64,000 nt of DNA. Origin: the human T2T-CHM13v2.0 reference genome, Homo sapiens. The translations under genes were made by a program, and so were the position numbers. The DNA is taken from the NCBI RefSeq assembly GCF_009914755.1, contig NC_060935.1. The stretch is one strand, 5' to 3'. Shown here one piece after another: positions 29,361 to 46,190 of this stretch (positions within the stretch are counted from its first letter, which is position 1; each line of letters begins with the position of its first letter). A model generated the notes under the pieces. It searched no databases, was not told the origin of the DNA, and was given only the letters and a program-made list of their open reading frames with translations.

Positions 29361-31212
29361 AGTTTTTATTACCATTTTCCCCAATGTTTAAAATTGTGGT
29401 AAGATACACATAACATAAAATTTACCATTTTAACCATCTTTAAGAACATTGTTTAGTGTTATTAAATACATTAATAATATTGTACAACCATCACCACTAT
29501 CTACCTCTATAGATCTTTTCATCTTGTAAAACTGAAACTCTATACCCATTAAACAGTATCTCCTCATTCCTTCCTTCCCCCAGCCATTGACAATTGCCAT
29601 TCGACTTCCTGTTTCTATCATTTTGGCTATTTTAAAGATATTATATATATGAAATTGTGCAGAATTTTTTCCTTTTGTTACTGGCTTATTTCACTTATCA
29701 TAGTGTCCTCAAGATTCATCTATGTAATAGCATATGCCAGAAATAACTTCCTTTTTAAGGCTGCATAATATACTTGTACACATATTTACAGTGTATCACT
29801 TTTTTGCTTATCCATTCATCCATACATACAAGATTTGGGTTTATTCTTTAATTTTTAGCTATTTTAATATGCTATTAACATGGGTGTACAAATGTGTCTT
29901 CATGACTCTGGCCTCAATTATTTTGGGTATATTCTCGCGTGGAATTCCTGGATCATACAGTAATTCCATTTTCAATCCTGTTTTCACTGTTTTTCACGCA
30001 GTGGCTGTGCCATGTTACATTTCCACCAACAGTGCACAAGGGCTCCAATTTCTCCACATTGTCACAAAACACTTATTTAGTAGTGCTATTAATGGTAGCC
30101 ATCTTAATGGGTATAAGGTGCTATCTCATTGTAATTTTGATTTGAATTTTGCTAATGATTAGTGCTGTTGAGCATCTTCTCATGTGCTTATTTACCTCTT
30201 GTATATCCTCCTTGGAGAAATATGTATTCAAGTCTTTTGCCCAATTTTGACTCAGGTTGGTTGTTTTTCTGTTGTTTTAGGAATTCTCTGTAAATATCAC
30301 ATATTAATCTCATCAGATATTTGATTTGCAAATATTTTCTCTCATTCTGTGGGTTGCCTTTTGACTTTATTGATATTGTTATTTGACGACAATTTTAACA
30401 AAGTTTCAGTTTGTCTATTTTTCTATTGTTGTTGCCTATGTCTATGATGTAATATCCAAGAAATTATTGCCAATTCCAATGTCTTAAAGCTTTTGTCGTG
30501 GGTGTTTTTCTAGGAGTTTGTATAGGTTTAGATCTTATATTTAGTTCTTTGATGCACCTGAAGATAATTTTTGTTTATGGTGTTAGAAAAGAGGTCAACT
30601 TCATTCCTCTGCATTTATATATCCAATTTTCCTAGAATCTTCATTGAAAGTTCTGTTCTTTTCTTTTTGAATGATCTTGCCACATTTGTGAAAAGATCTT
30701 TTGACCATATATGAAAGGTATTATTTCTGGACTCTGTATTCTCTTCTGTTGCTCTATATGTCTATCTCTATGCCACCACCACACTGTTTTGTAACTGTGG
30801 CTTTGTAGTAAGATTTGAAATCGAGAAGTGTGTCTTCCATCTTTATTCATTCTTTTAAAATAGTTGTGGCTAATAGGAATCCCTTGTAATTCCATATAAA
30901 TTTTCTAATGGTTTTTTCTATTTATGGAAAGAAAACTGGTATTTTGATAGGGATTGCATTCAATCTGTACATCACTTTGGGTAGTATTGACATCTTAGCA
31001 ACATTAACTCATTTAATTTATGTACATGGGATTTATTTTCTTTTATTTACATCTTCTTTAATTTCTTTCAGTAAAGTTTTGTAATTTTCATCATACAAAT
31101 CTTTCACCTCCTTGGTTAACTCCTGAGTATTATATTCTTTTGATGTTATTGCAAATGGAATTGCTTTCATAATTTTGTTTTCATATTGTTCATTGTTAAT
31201 ATGTAGAAACAC

Positions 31213-31679
31213 AATTTTTTATTATAATACTTTAAGTTCTAGGGTACATGTGCACAATGTGCAGGTTTGTTACATAGGTATACATGTGCCAGGTTGGTTT
31301 GCTGCACCCATCAACTCGTCATTTACATTAGGTGTTTCTCCTAACACTATCCCTCCCCCGGCCCCCTACCCCTCCCAAGAGGCCCTGGTGTGTGATGTTT
31401 CCACTTATGAGTGAAAACATGTGGTGTTTGGTTTTCCGTTCTTGTGATATTTTGCTAAGAATGATGTTATCCACCTTCATCCATGTCCCTGCAAATGACA
31501 TGAACTCATCCTTTTTTATGGCTGCATAGTATTCCATGGTGTATATGTGCCACATTTTCTTTATCCAGTCTATTATTGATGGACATTTGGGTTGTTTCCA
31601 AGTCTTTGCTACTGTGAATAGTGCCACAATAAACATATATGTACATGTGTCTTTATAGTAGCATGATTTATAATCCTTT
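31213..31679 (-). mobile_element. L1PA (about PA7) 3' fragment nested in L1MB
   Basis: TTTAAGTTCTAGGGTACATGTGCAC 3'UTR; ORF2 C-terminus [16 protein letters not shown]. Confidence 0.92.
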
Positions 31680-32349
31680 ACACATGATATTTTTAATGTG
31701 TTGACTTCACATCCTGCTACTTTGCTTATTTCACTTATTAGTTCTAACGGTTTTTGTGTGTGAGCATAATCTTTATGGGTTTCATTATTCAAGTTTATAT
31801 CATCTGTGAGCAATAATTATTTTATTTCTTTTCTAATTTGGATTTATTTTATTTCTCCTTCTTGCCTACTTGCTCTGGCTAAAACTTGCAATACTATATT
31901 GAAATACTTGTGGTACAAGTAGGCACCCTTACCTTGTTACTGGTGTAAAGGAAAAGGCTGCATTCTTTACTATGGAGAATAATGTTTGCTGTGTGTTTTT
32001 CAGATATGGCTTTTGTTATGTTGAAATAATTTTCTTCTATTCCTAGTTTGTTCAATGTATTTATCATGAGGGGGTGTTAAATTTTGTCAATTGTTTTTTC
32101 TGCATTAATTGAGATGATTATGTGTATTTTTTCTTTCGATATGTAAATGTGGTGTATTACATTGATTAATTTTTGCATGTTTTATCATCCTTGTATTTCA
32201 GAAATAAATCCCATTTGGTCATAGTATATGTTCTTTTTAATGTATTACTGAATTTGGTTTTCTAATATTTTGGTGATAATTTTTGCATCAATATTTATGA
32301 CAGGTCTGTAGCTTTCTTACGGTGTCTTTGTCTGGCTTTGGTATCTAGA

Positions 32350-32712
32350 TATCTCACTTCATTTTGTCTGCTGTAACAAAATGTCTTAGATGGAGTAATT
32401 TAAAAACAACAGAAACTTATTGCTCACAGTTCTGGAGGCTAGGAAGCCCAAGATCAAGGCACCAGCAGAGTTGCTGTCTGGGAAGGGCTCTTTTTGTGCT
32501 TCAAAGCTGGGGCCTTCTTCCTGTGTTCTCACTTGACATAAAAGACTAACTAGCTACCTCAGGCTTCTTTTAAAAGGGTGTAATTTCATACATGAAGGTG
32601 TGTGCATCATGACCTAATCACTTCTAAAAGCCCTCACCTCTTAATAGTATCACTTTGGGTATTACGTTACAGTGTATGAATTGTGGGCATCACCAACATC
32701 CACACTATATCA
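32350..32712 (-). mobile_element. MLT1A/MSTD-like MaLR solo LTR nested in L1MB
   Basis: GCTCACAGTTCTGGAGGCTAGGAAGCCCAAGATCAAGGCACCAGCAG; splits the L1 motif GGTATC|AGGGTAATG. Confidence 0.85.
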
Positions 32713-33643
32713 GAGGGTAATGTTGACCTCTTAGAACAAAGTAGAAAGTTTTTTCTGCTCTAATTTTTTTTTCTTGTAAACTTTGAGAAGAAATAGTGTT
32801 AGTTCCTCCTTAAAAGTTGGGCAGAATTTACCAGTAAAGCCATCAGATGTAGAACTTTTCTTTGTTGGGAGGTTTATATTACTAATTCAATTTCCTTACT
32901 AGTTATAAGCCTATTGAGATGTTCTAGTTAGTGATTTAGGCCTGGTGGTTTTTATGTTTTTAGAAATTTCTCTGTTTCATTTAGGCTACCCAATTTGATG
33001 GCATGCAGTTGTTCATAGCACTCTTCTTGAATTCTTTTCATTTATATAGAATTGGTAGTAAATCTACACAAACAATTCTTTTATTTCTAATTTTGGTAAC
33101 AAGTATTCCCTTTTTTTCTTAGTCCATTTTACTAAAGCTTTTTCAATTTATCTTTTCAAATAAATGACTTTTGAGTTTATTAATTTTATCTATTGTTCTT
33201 TTATATTCACTTATCTATGTTCTAATCTTTATTATTTCCTTCTTACTGCTAGCTTTTGGTTTAGTTTTTTTCATTTCTTAAGTTGTAAAGTTAGATTGTT
33301 GATTGGAGCTCTTTCTTGATTTTTGATGTAAGCATTTAAAGCTATACATTTTTCCCTTGGCACTGGTTTCACTACATTCTGTAATTTAATTTTTGGTATG
33401 TTCTGTTTTCATTTCCCTTGTGATTTTTTTATTTGGTCAACTGGTTAAGAGTATGCTTTCCAAATTTCCACAAATTTGTACATTTTCTCATTTTACTGAT
33501 TTATTTTTAATTTTATCTCATTGAAGTCAGAGAAGATACTTTGCATAATAGCTATCCTGTTTTCAATCTTTTGAGACTTAATTTGTGGCTTAACAAATGA
33601 ACTATACTGGAACATGTTCCTCGTGTACTTTAAAAAAATGTGA

Positions 33644-33870
33644 CGTGGACACAGGGAGAGGAACATCACACACCAGGGCCTGTCAGGGGGTAGGGGACAA
33701 GGGGAGAGATAGCATTAGGACAAATACCTAATGCATGCTGGGCTTAAAACCTAGATGATGATTGATGGGTGCAGCAAACCACCATGGCACATATATACTT
33801 ATGTAACAAACCTGCATGTTCTGCACATGTATCCCAGGACTTAATGTATAGTAATAGTAAAAAGAAAATA
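33644..33870 (+). mobile_element. L1PA (about PA7/8) 3'UTR fragment nested antisense in L1MB
   Basis: GCATTAGGACAAATACCTAATGCATG..TGTAACAAACCTGCA; TSD AAAA(A/G)AATGTG. Confidence 0.9.
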
Positions 33871-35835
33871 AAAGAATGTGTATACTGCTGTTGTTGGATA
33901 TAATGTTCTGTATTTATCTGTTATAGTTAGTTGGTTTATTGTGTTTTTTTAAGTTCTCTATTTTCTTCTGTCTATTTGTTCTATCCATTATTGAGAGTGG
34001 GTTATTGATGGCTCCACCTATCACTGTATGACTCTCTATTTCTCCCTTTAATTCTGTCCATTTTTATTTCATGTATTTTGATGGAATCTCATTAGATGAG
34101 TAATTTTTTATAATTGTTATATCATCTTCTCTATGCTGAAGCTTTTATTAAAATACAGTGCCCTTCTCTGTCTCTTATATTTTAATTTAAAATTTATATT
34201 GTCTGATAGTAGCATAAGAACCCTGCTAATTTTTGTTTACTGATTGCATGTAATTTTTTTTATCCTTTTGCTTTCAATCTATTCCTGTCTTTGGATCTAA
34301 AATAATATTTTGTAGATGGCATAAAGGCAGATCATGTGATTTTATTCATTTTGCTAGTCTGACTTTTGATTGAAGACTTTCATCCACGTAAATTAAAAGT
34401 AATTATAAAGAAAGTCATTTCTGTCACTTTGCTATTTATTTTCTCTATGCCTTAGAGTGTTTTGTCTTCCATTTTCTGCATTATTGTCTTCCTTTGTGTT
34501 TAGTAGGTTTTTTTTCAGAGAAATGTTTAAATATCTTTCTAGTTTCTTCTTATGTAATGTCTATAGCTATATTTTTATGGTTACCATGGAGATTACACTT
34601 AGCATTCTAAAGTTATAACACTCTAATATAAATTTACACTGGCTTTACTTCAAAACATACAAAAACTCTGCTCCTTTACAGCTTTATTTTCATCCATTTT
34701 AGTTGTTAAAATTACAAAATTACTCTTTTACAAATTGTGTGTCTCAAAACAAAATATTAAGACTTTTACATGTATTAGTCTCTTGAATCAGGTAGAAAAC
34801 AAAAAGGGGAGTTACAAACCATTGTTAAAATACTATTAATTGTTCTAACTGCTTATGTATATAACTTTATTGACATCATTATTTCTTTATACAGCTTTAT
34901 GCAACTGTCTAATGTCCTTTTATTTCCCCCTACTGAACCATTTCTTGCGGGGCAGGTCCAGTGTAACAAACTCTCTCAGATTTCATTTATCTGGAGATCT
35001 TTAAAGTTGTCCCTCATACTTGAAAGATGGTTTTTCCAGATATAGTATTCCTCATTGATAATTTTTTTCTTACCACTTGCGATATATCATTTCACTACCT
35101 TCGGACCTCCAAGGTTTTTGATGGAAAATCTGCTCATGATGGTATTGAGAATTCTTTTCATGTGAAGTCACTTCTGTCTTGCTGCTTTCAAGATTTTGTG
35201 TTTGCTTTTGTCATTGAAAAGTGAGATTGTAATGTGTGTTGGTGTGGGTCTTTGAATTCATCTTTCTAGGAGTTTCTCAAGCTGCTTTGATATTTATATA
35301 TTTGTCTTTCATATATCAGATTTGGAACATCATCACTCACCATTGCTTCAAATATTCTTTATGTCTCTTTCTCTTCATCTTCTTGTAAGATTCCTACAAT
35401 ACATATTTTGGTTTGTTTGATGGTGTCTCACATATCTCTTCCGCTCTCTTTTGTTTTCTCTAATTTTTTTATTTCTCTTTCTAAGAAGGTTTGATAATTT
35501 CCATTGTCCTATCTTCAAGTTCACTGGTTCTTTTCTCTGCCTTCTGAAATATTCCTTTTTATTCCTTTAACGTGTTTTGCATTTCAGTTATTATACTTTT
35601 CAGCTTCAGAATTTTCTTTTGGTACATTTTTAGGTTCCTTGTCTGTTTATTAATATTTCCATTTTTTAACACATTGCTTTCTTGACGTTCTTGAAATCTT
35701 TCTTGTGTCCATTGAGCATCCTTAAAACAGTTGTCTCAAGTCTGTGGCTAGTGGAGGTGCCATAAAAATATTCTTGGGATAGTTTCTAGTGATGTTTTTT
35801 TTCTTTTGAATAGATTATACTTTACTATTTATTTA

Positions 35836-36202
35836 TTGTATAGTCTGTTTTTGTTACTTCAACATTTTTATGTTGAAACCAAACTTTTAAATTGCTGTTA
35901 TTAAGTGGTATGGCTTATGGAAGGTGAGTAGTTCATGAGGGCTCTACCCTTATAAATGGGATTACTGTCCTTATTTAAAAAAAAAAGGCACAAAGGAGTT
36001 TGTTCACACTTTTCATAATGTGAGAACATGGAAAGAAGACACCATCTCTGAAGCACAGAGAGAGCCCTCACCAAAGATTAATTCTGCTGGTGCCTTGATC
36101 TTGGACTTCTCAGCCTCTATTGACTGTAAGCAATACATTTTTGTTATTCATAAATTATACAAGCAAGGTGTTTTGTTTTAGCAGCTCAGATGGACTAAAA
36201 CA
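35836..36202 (+). mobile_element. MLT1A0-like MaLR solo LTR nested in L1MB
   Basis: CTGCTGGTGCCTTGATCTTGGACTT..AGCAGCTCAGATGGACTAAAACA. Confidence 0.82.
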
Positions 36203-37839
36203 CTTTGTATGACTGTGATTTTTTGTTAAAGCTAACATTTGAATGCAATAATCTAACTCTTGATATCCGATTACCCCCCTTCCCCAACGTTTGCTGGGTT
36301 ATTTTTGATGTTTGTTTATGCTTATTGTTACTGTTTTTCTAATTGCTGTAGCTGTCTCTGCAGCAAAGATCAGCTAGAAGTGTAAATTTAAAGACTTCTT
36401 AGGTAAATACTAAGCTTATGCCTTTACCTGGGCATGCGCAGTCACTTTCTAATTTTTCCCAGATGTACACTTGCTTCTGAATATCCTGGTCTTTAGTGTC
36501 TGGCTCCCAAAAGAGAAAAACAAGAAAAATGAAGGAATGGAGAGTAAAAGTTGTGCTCACTCTTTAAATTCTCTGGACGTCCCTTGAGCCACACACTTGC
36601 AACATGGTAGGGAGGTGGTTCAACAATGACTTCCTGCCTCTATGTCTGCATGTCTGTGATTAAAAGCATTAATCAGTGGACTTACAGGCCGATATCTTTA
36701 GGCAGGTGCAGACTCTGTGTTCAGACGGAAGCGTTATTCAGTGGTCAGAGCACAGATCCCTGATATTCAGAAACAGAGGTCTTTTAGCCCACCATGGCTC
36801 TGGCAGTCTGCATGCAGGTTGCTCTAGGAACACACGCATGAATTCTTGCCATGTGGTGGGTGGTGAGGGTAGACACTCTGCTAAGTGTGGCAACTGAAAA
36901 ATCAATTTCATATGTTTGTTCAATTCATTCTTTGGCCACTGCAAGCCTTCAACGGATTTTAGCGTTTCAAAATACTTCATTAAACAGATTCTGCCACTGC
37001 AGCTGTTGTCTAGGTGAGACGAGAGCTTTCCAATGCTGACTACAGAGCCATCATCACAGAATCTTCTTTTCAGACTTTATTATTTTTTAAATAATAATAA
37101 TAGCTACGATTAAGGCTTTATAAAATATCACAAATTTTTTCATACTCTCTCCATATATTACCTCATCTAATACTATAATTCTCTTAGAAAGAAATTATGT
37201 CCTGTTACAAATAAGAAAAACTTTCTCTTTTGAAGGACTAAAAAAAATTCTAAAAAATGACTTATTAGAGTGAATAAACCAAAATCTAGGCTATAAATGT
37301 TTCTTCCTAAGATGGCAACATTAATAAATCAATCATTGACTTTAAAACTTAAAAACCCTTACAGTAATTATATAACATACTATAAAGTTTCTTTCTTAAG
37401 TAGCAAAAAGAGAGAATGTGGTATTATTTTTATACAATTTTGAGGTAAATTGTACACAGTGAATTAAATACATCTAATGAATATAAGAATCCAAATTGTA
37501 GACTTAGATGCATTCTATTCTAGGGAAAAGATTTAACAATCCACGAATATAAATTTTTATTTACTGGTTGTTAAATACTGTTTTAGAAATAGTGGACATT
37601 ACAAATTTTCAAATTTCTAAATAATACTAACACCCTGTGTAAAATGTGTAGGGAAACAAATTATTACCATATAGTTTTGACGAAAATGCAAATTGGCACA
37701 GATATTCTAATTTAATGATATGTGATAAACCTAATTTAAAAACATCTTTTCATGTTTATCACCAAAAAAAGATTTACTTCAAATACAAATGCATATGTTC
37801 AAATATATAAAATATAAATAAACAAGATAATGGGTACCA

Positions 37840-40785
<2,946 letters not shown>

Positions 40786-40937
40786 GATTTTTAAAAGAGG
40801 TAATAGAATACTCATGCAATAAAATAATTTATAGCTGCTAAATAGTTATAGCATAATATTTTTAATTAAAAGAATATCTATAACATATTTTTAAGAAAAA
40901 AACTAGTCTATAAAAGAACCTGAGTAATTTATTACCA

Positions 40938-41200
40938 TTATAATATATGTAAATATGTGCATATATTTATGCATGTATTTGTGTATATAATATATACAAC
41001 ATATCATATGTAAATACTATATACATGTGTACATGTATATTATATATAATATATACACAGAATATGATATACACATATATTAATACATATGTATATATTA
41101 TTTATGTATAATATATGCACACATATGTGCACAAATATGTAATATATGACATACATTACATATACTTATATATGTAACATTATCTGTGTGCATATATACA
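40938..41200. repeat. Degenerate (TA/TG/CA)n low-complexity tract
   Basis: Alternating AT-rich dinucleotides; a further TG/TAGA tract lies at about 41400-41500. Confidence 0.85.
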
Positions 41201-41769
41201 TAAGTTTGTAAATTTAATCAGAAACCAAAACATTAAGAGATAATTTAACTTTGGCAGCTGCGAATAGGTCTTATAATTTGGTTTAGTTTGCTTTTACTTA
41301 CCTTAATTGTTTTTAATTTATCTGCATACCTGTACTTTCTAGAAGTAAACATAAACTATGTATTACTTTTATTTGTAATTATAAAAAATTGTGCAATATG
41401 TTTACATATATACATATATATACCATGAACGTATGTGTGTGTGTGGATAGATGTAGATAGATTAGATATAGATATAGATAGATGATATAGACATAGATAT
41501 ATAACTTCTATTTTCAGCCAAGGGATTATGTAAGATCTAAGTAGGAGAGTAATATAACTTATATTTTTCATCCAGCATTAATATAGAAAAAATTATTTTA
41601 TTATGTTTTCCCTTCTTTCCCTCCTGCCTGTCTTCCTCACTTGAATTTTTCTTTATTTTCTATATATTTTTAAAAGCAGAAAATGCTTTTCCTAACTCGG
41701 ACACAGACAGAAACTATATTATGAACATCAGATAAAGTATACAAAGTAGAAGAAGCTTAACATAAAAGG

Positions 41770-44700
41770 CAGAATACCTTGTGAGCTACATGGCCCCACT
41801 CATTGCCAGGGAAACCAGACTACTCACCCTGAGCAACATAAGGCAAGCAAAAATCCCACTGCTACTACTGCAACTAGTGCTCTTTTGCAAGCACCACCTC
41901 CTGGCTGGAGGCAAACAAACACTCTCCACCACAGTATCTCCTTGTAGAATAACACTGCACCCAGGAAGGAGAAAATGGCTGCACAATCTCAGCTATTACC
42001 ACTGCCTGCACCACTATGGCTAACCAGGAGGTCCTGAGTTTGTCCACATGACCAGCTTATTACTACTATAACTGGCATTCAAGAAAGCCAACACAGTACA
42101 GCTATCAATAAACAAGATATTTCAGGGTCTATATCACTCCCCTGTCATGCCCATTAGAGCTGGTGCTGCTACCTGGGGCTGGGAAACTTTAGGACAGGTC
42201 ACACTACCAAATCCCTTGCAGACATTCCCTAACACCAGCCCAGGAGTGTGGACACTTCACTGTGCAGCTAGAATCGAAGGAGCAACAACACTCACAGTAG
42301 TCTAGCTCCCAGTGACTCCCACTCCTAGAAGGGGGATGGCAACACATCAAGGGAACACCATGTGGGACAAAATAATCTAGACAGCAGGCCTTGAGCACTA
42401 GATCCTTCCACTACTGGGAAGCTTCTTTCAGCAGAGGCATAGTTGTAGTGCTGGGCTCAGTAGGAAAAGTCTTCAGCTATATCCTAACACTCAGACAGCC
42501 CTGGTGCATGTGAAGGGTCTTGGAGAAGAGGAAGTATTTTCCCCTTGTCCATCATGGTAGGCACATGTTGGGGTTTCTTCCACAGGAGCTCAGCATGGGT
42601 GTAACTATGGACAGCCTTTCTGGGACATGTCAGGGTGACAGCATCCCCATAGAAGGAACACTCTTCAGGCTGAGGCTTGCTTGAGAGACAGAGTCACAAT
42701 TCCTTTCTATTTGGAACATCAACATTCCTACAGATGAAAAGATGTGCCTGTCTGATCTGAATAGCTGGAACACTGGGACAGGAGTATATCTGAGAGGTAG
42801 ATAACTTTCCTGCTGACCTGGCAAGGCAGCTGAGGTGGCTCCAACCCTTCTCCCTGATAAGACCTTAGTGCAACCCACGGAGAGCTCTTCTAGCCACCTC
42901 TGTCAAGGCTGGGGCCTCATTTCCCCACTTGCTTTAGCTATAATTGGTTTCTACCCAGGGACACCTCCTCTACTAGTTTGAAGCCTGATCCATCAAACTA
43001 GTAAATAAAAGGTAAATACTAGGGGAAAATAAATAAATAAATAATACATGCCACAGGGGGATGAGATAAGCTTTTTGAGACATATAATATTCCAACTCCA
43101 TAGGAGATGGTGAACTTGCTCTGAGCACATTGCTACTACAAGGAGCATATGAGACAGCCATCGTACAGAGACTCTCTATAACCAAATAACTCTAGTCTTC
43201 ACCCGTGAAAGTACCAAGAACTCACTTAGGCTATAATTAACTATAAACACTAAAGTATCATACTTACGGAGAAAAAATGAAAACAAACAAACAAAAGAAA
43301 CAAAGTGAAATCAAATATAAATTCAAGCATAACTAGAAGAAATAGTCTACCCAAATGAGAAGTAACATTCCCAAAAGATCACACTAGCTCTCCAACAATG
43401 GACCCAAACCAAGATGAAAGATTTGAAAAACCAAATAAGAAATTCAGAAGATTAATTATTAAGCTACTCAAAGAGATGTTAGAGAAAGGTGGAAGCCATC
43501 ATAAAGAAATTTAAAAATCAGCTCATAATATAAATAAAAAATTTTCTAGAGTGATAGATATCATCAGGAAAAACCAATCAGAATTTCTGGAAATGAAAGA
43601 CACACTGAGGGAATTATAAAATACAGTGGAAAGTTTTAACAATAGACTAGAACATGTAAGAGAAAGAATTTTAGAGCTCGAAGACAAAGCTTTTGAATTA
43701 ACTTACTCAGACAAAAATAAAGCAAAGAGAACAAAAAGAAATGACTAAAGTCTCCAAGAAATATGGGAATATGTAAAATGGCCAAACCTAAGAATAATTT
43801 GGTGATCTTGAGGGAGAAGAGAAAATAATAAGTCTGGAAAAATTATTTGAGGGAATAATGGAAGAAAACTTCCCTGGCCTAGCTAGAGATCTAGGTACTC
43901 AAATCCAAGAAGCTCAAAGAACTCCCAGGAAATTCATTGCAAAAAAGTTGTTCATCAGGGCATATAATCATCATGCTATCTAAAATCAGCATGAAGAAAA
44001 GAATTCTAGGAGCAGTAAGACAAAAGCATCAGGTAACCTACAAATAAAAACCTATGACTAAAAGTAGATTTCTCGGCAGAAATTTTACAAGCTAGCAGGG
44101 ATTAGAGGCCTATCTTCAAACTCCTTAAACAGAACAACTGTCAGCTAAGAATTTTGTATCCTGCAAGATCAAGTTTTATAAGCCAAGGTGAAATAAAGTC
44201 ATTTCAGACAAATGCTGAGGGGATTTTTCACTACCAAATCAGCATTACAAGAAATGCTAAAAGGAGTTCTAGACATTGAAATGAACTCCCAATATGCACC
44301 ATGATAGAACCTCTTGAAAGCTTAAAATTCATACAGCCTATAAAACAATAACACAAAAAGAAATTATCTGGGTAACAATTAATGTGGTGAAGAGAATAAT
44401 ATCTCACATCTCAACATCAACATTGAATGTAAATGGCATAAATCTTCCAGTAAAAAGATACAGTATGGCAGAATGGATTTTAAAAAATCACATTTCAAGT
44501 ACCTGCTGTCTTCAAGAGACTCACCTAACATAGACGGATTCGTATAAACTCAAGGTAAAAGGGTAGAGAATGGTAGTCCACCCAAATGGAAACCAAAAGC
44601 AAGCAGAAGTAGCTATTCTTATTTCAGATAAAACAGACTTCAAAGCAACAACAGTAAAAAAAAAAAGACAAAGGTGGTCACTATATGATAAAATGATCAA

Positions 44701-46190
44701 CTCAACAAGAAGATATTAAAATCTTAAATTTATGTGCACAAAACACTGCAGCTCCTAGATTCATAAAACTATTACTACTAGACATAGGAAATGAGATAGA
44801 CAGCAAAACAATAATATTGAGAGACTTCAATACTCCACTGAAAGCCCTAGATAGATAGTCAAGACAGAAAGTCAACAGAAAAACAATAGACTTAAATGGC
44901 ATGCTAGAACAAATAGACTTAATGGCTATTTACAGAGCATTTACCTGATCTCTGCAGAATGGCATCTTCTAATCAGCACATGAAACATTATCCAAGATAG
45001 ACCATATGATAGGCCACAAGTGTCCATAAATTTAAAAAAATCAAAATCCTATCATATTCTCAGCCTCCAGTGGAATAAAACTAGGAACCAACTTCAAAAG
45101 GAGCTCTCAAACTATACAAATATATAGGAATTAATAATTTACTCCTGGATGATAGCTAGGTTAACACTGAAATCATATGAAATTTAAAAATATCTGAATT
45201 GAATGACAATAATGACACAAGTTATTAAATCTCTGGGATACAGCAAAAGCAGTGTTAAGAGGGAGTTTATAGCACTAAATGCCTACATCAAAAGGTATGA
45301 ATCAGCACAGATAAACAACCCACATCACAACTCAAGGAACTGAATAAAAAATAACAAATTAATTCTAAAGCTAAAAGAAGAAAAGTAATAAAGATCAGAG
45401 CAGAACTAAATGAAATTTAAACAAACAAGCAAAAAATAATACAAAAGATCAGTGAAATAAAAAGTGTATTCTTTGAAAAAATAAACAAAATTGATAAACT
45501 ATTAACTAGATTAACCAAGAAAAGAAGAAAGAAGATCTAAATAAGCTCAATTAGAAACTAAATTGAAGACTTTACAACTGATACCACATCATTCAAGACT
45601 ACTGTGAACATATTTATGGGTAAAAACTAGAAAACCTTGAGGAAATGGATGAATTCCTGGAAACATACAATCCACTTCCTCAATCTACAGATTCAATGCA
45701 ATTTCCATCAAAATACCAACATCATTTTTCATAAAATTACAAAAAGCAATCCTAAAATTTATATGGAATTAAAATAGCCCAAATAGCTACAGCAATCCTA
45801 AGCAAAAAGAATAAATCTGGTGGCATCACATGATCAGACCTCAAATTATACTACAAGGCTATACTTACCAAATCAGCATGGTATTAGTATAAAAGAAGGC
45901 ACATAGCCCAAGGCAACAGAATAGAAAATCCAGAAATAAAGACAAATATGTACAGCCAACTGTTCTTAGACAAAACAAACAAAAACATAAATTAAGAAAT
46001 GGACACCCTGATAATTAATTAATTAGGAAAACTGGAAAGTCATACGTGGAAGGATGAAACTGTATCCCTATCTCTTACCATATACAAAATCCAACTCAAG
46101 GTGGATCAAATACTTAAATATAACACCTGAAACTGTACAAATTCTAGAAGGCAATGTTGGAAAATCTCTTCTGACATCAACCTAGGCAAT
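41770..46190 (+). mobile_element. L1PB/L1MA-type LINE-1 with 5'UTR, ORF1, ORF2 endonuclease and an internal deletion of RT; 3' end missing
   Basis: GC-richer 5'UTR; ORF1-like 43300-44310; EN start ACATTGAATGTAAATGG at about 44420 and CTTCAAGAGACTCACC; jump at about 45675. Confidence 0.85.

Larger units (their letters stand above)
29385..37050 (-). mobile_element. Long L1MB (L1MB3/4-like) LINE-1 with four nested insertions
   Basis: 3' end ACATAACATAAAATTTACCATTTTAACC; colinear degenerate ORF2, ORF1 and GC-richer 5' region; 5' boundary approximate. Confidence 0.82.

Noticed and set aside
31328-31813. 161-aa minus-strand ORF
   Set aside because: Chance in-frame fusion of L1MB ORF2 remnant with a nested L1PA fragment
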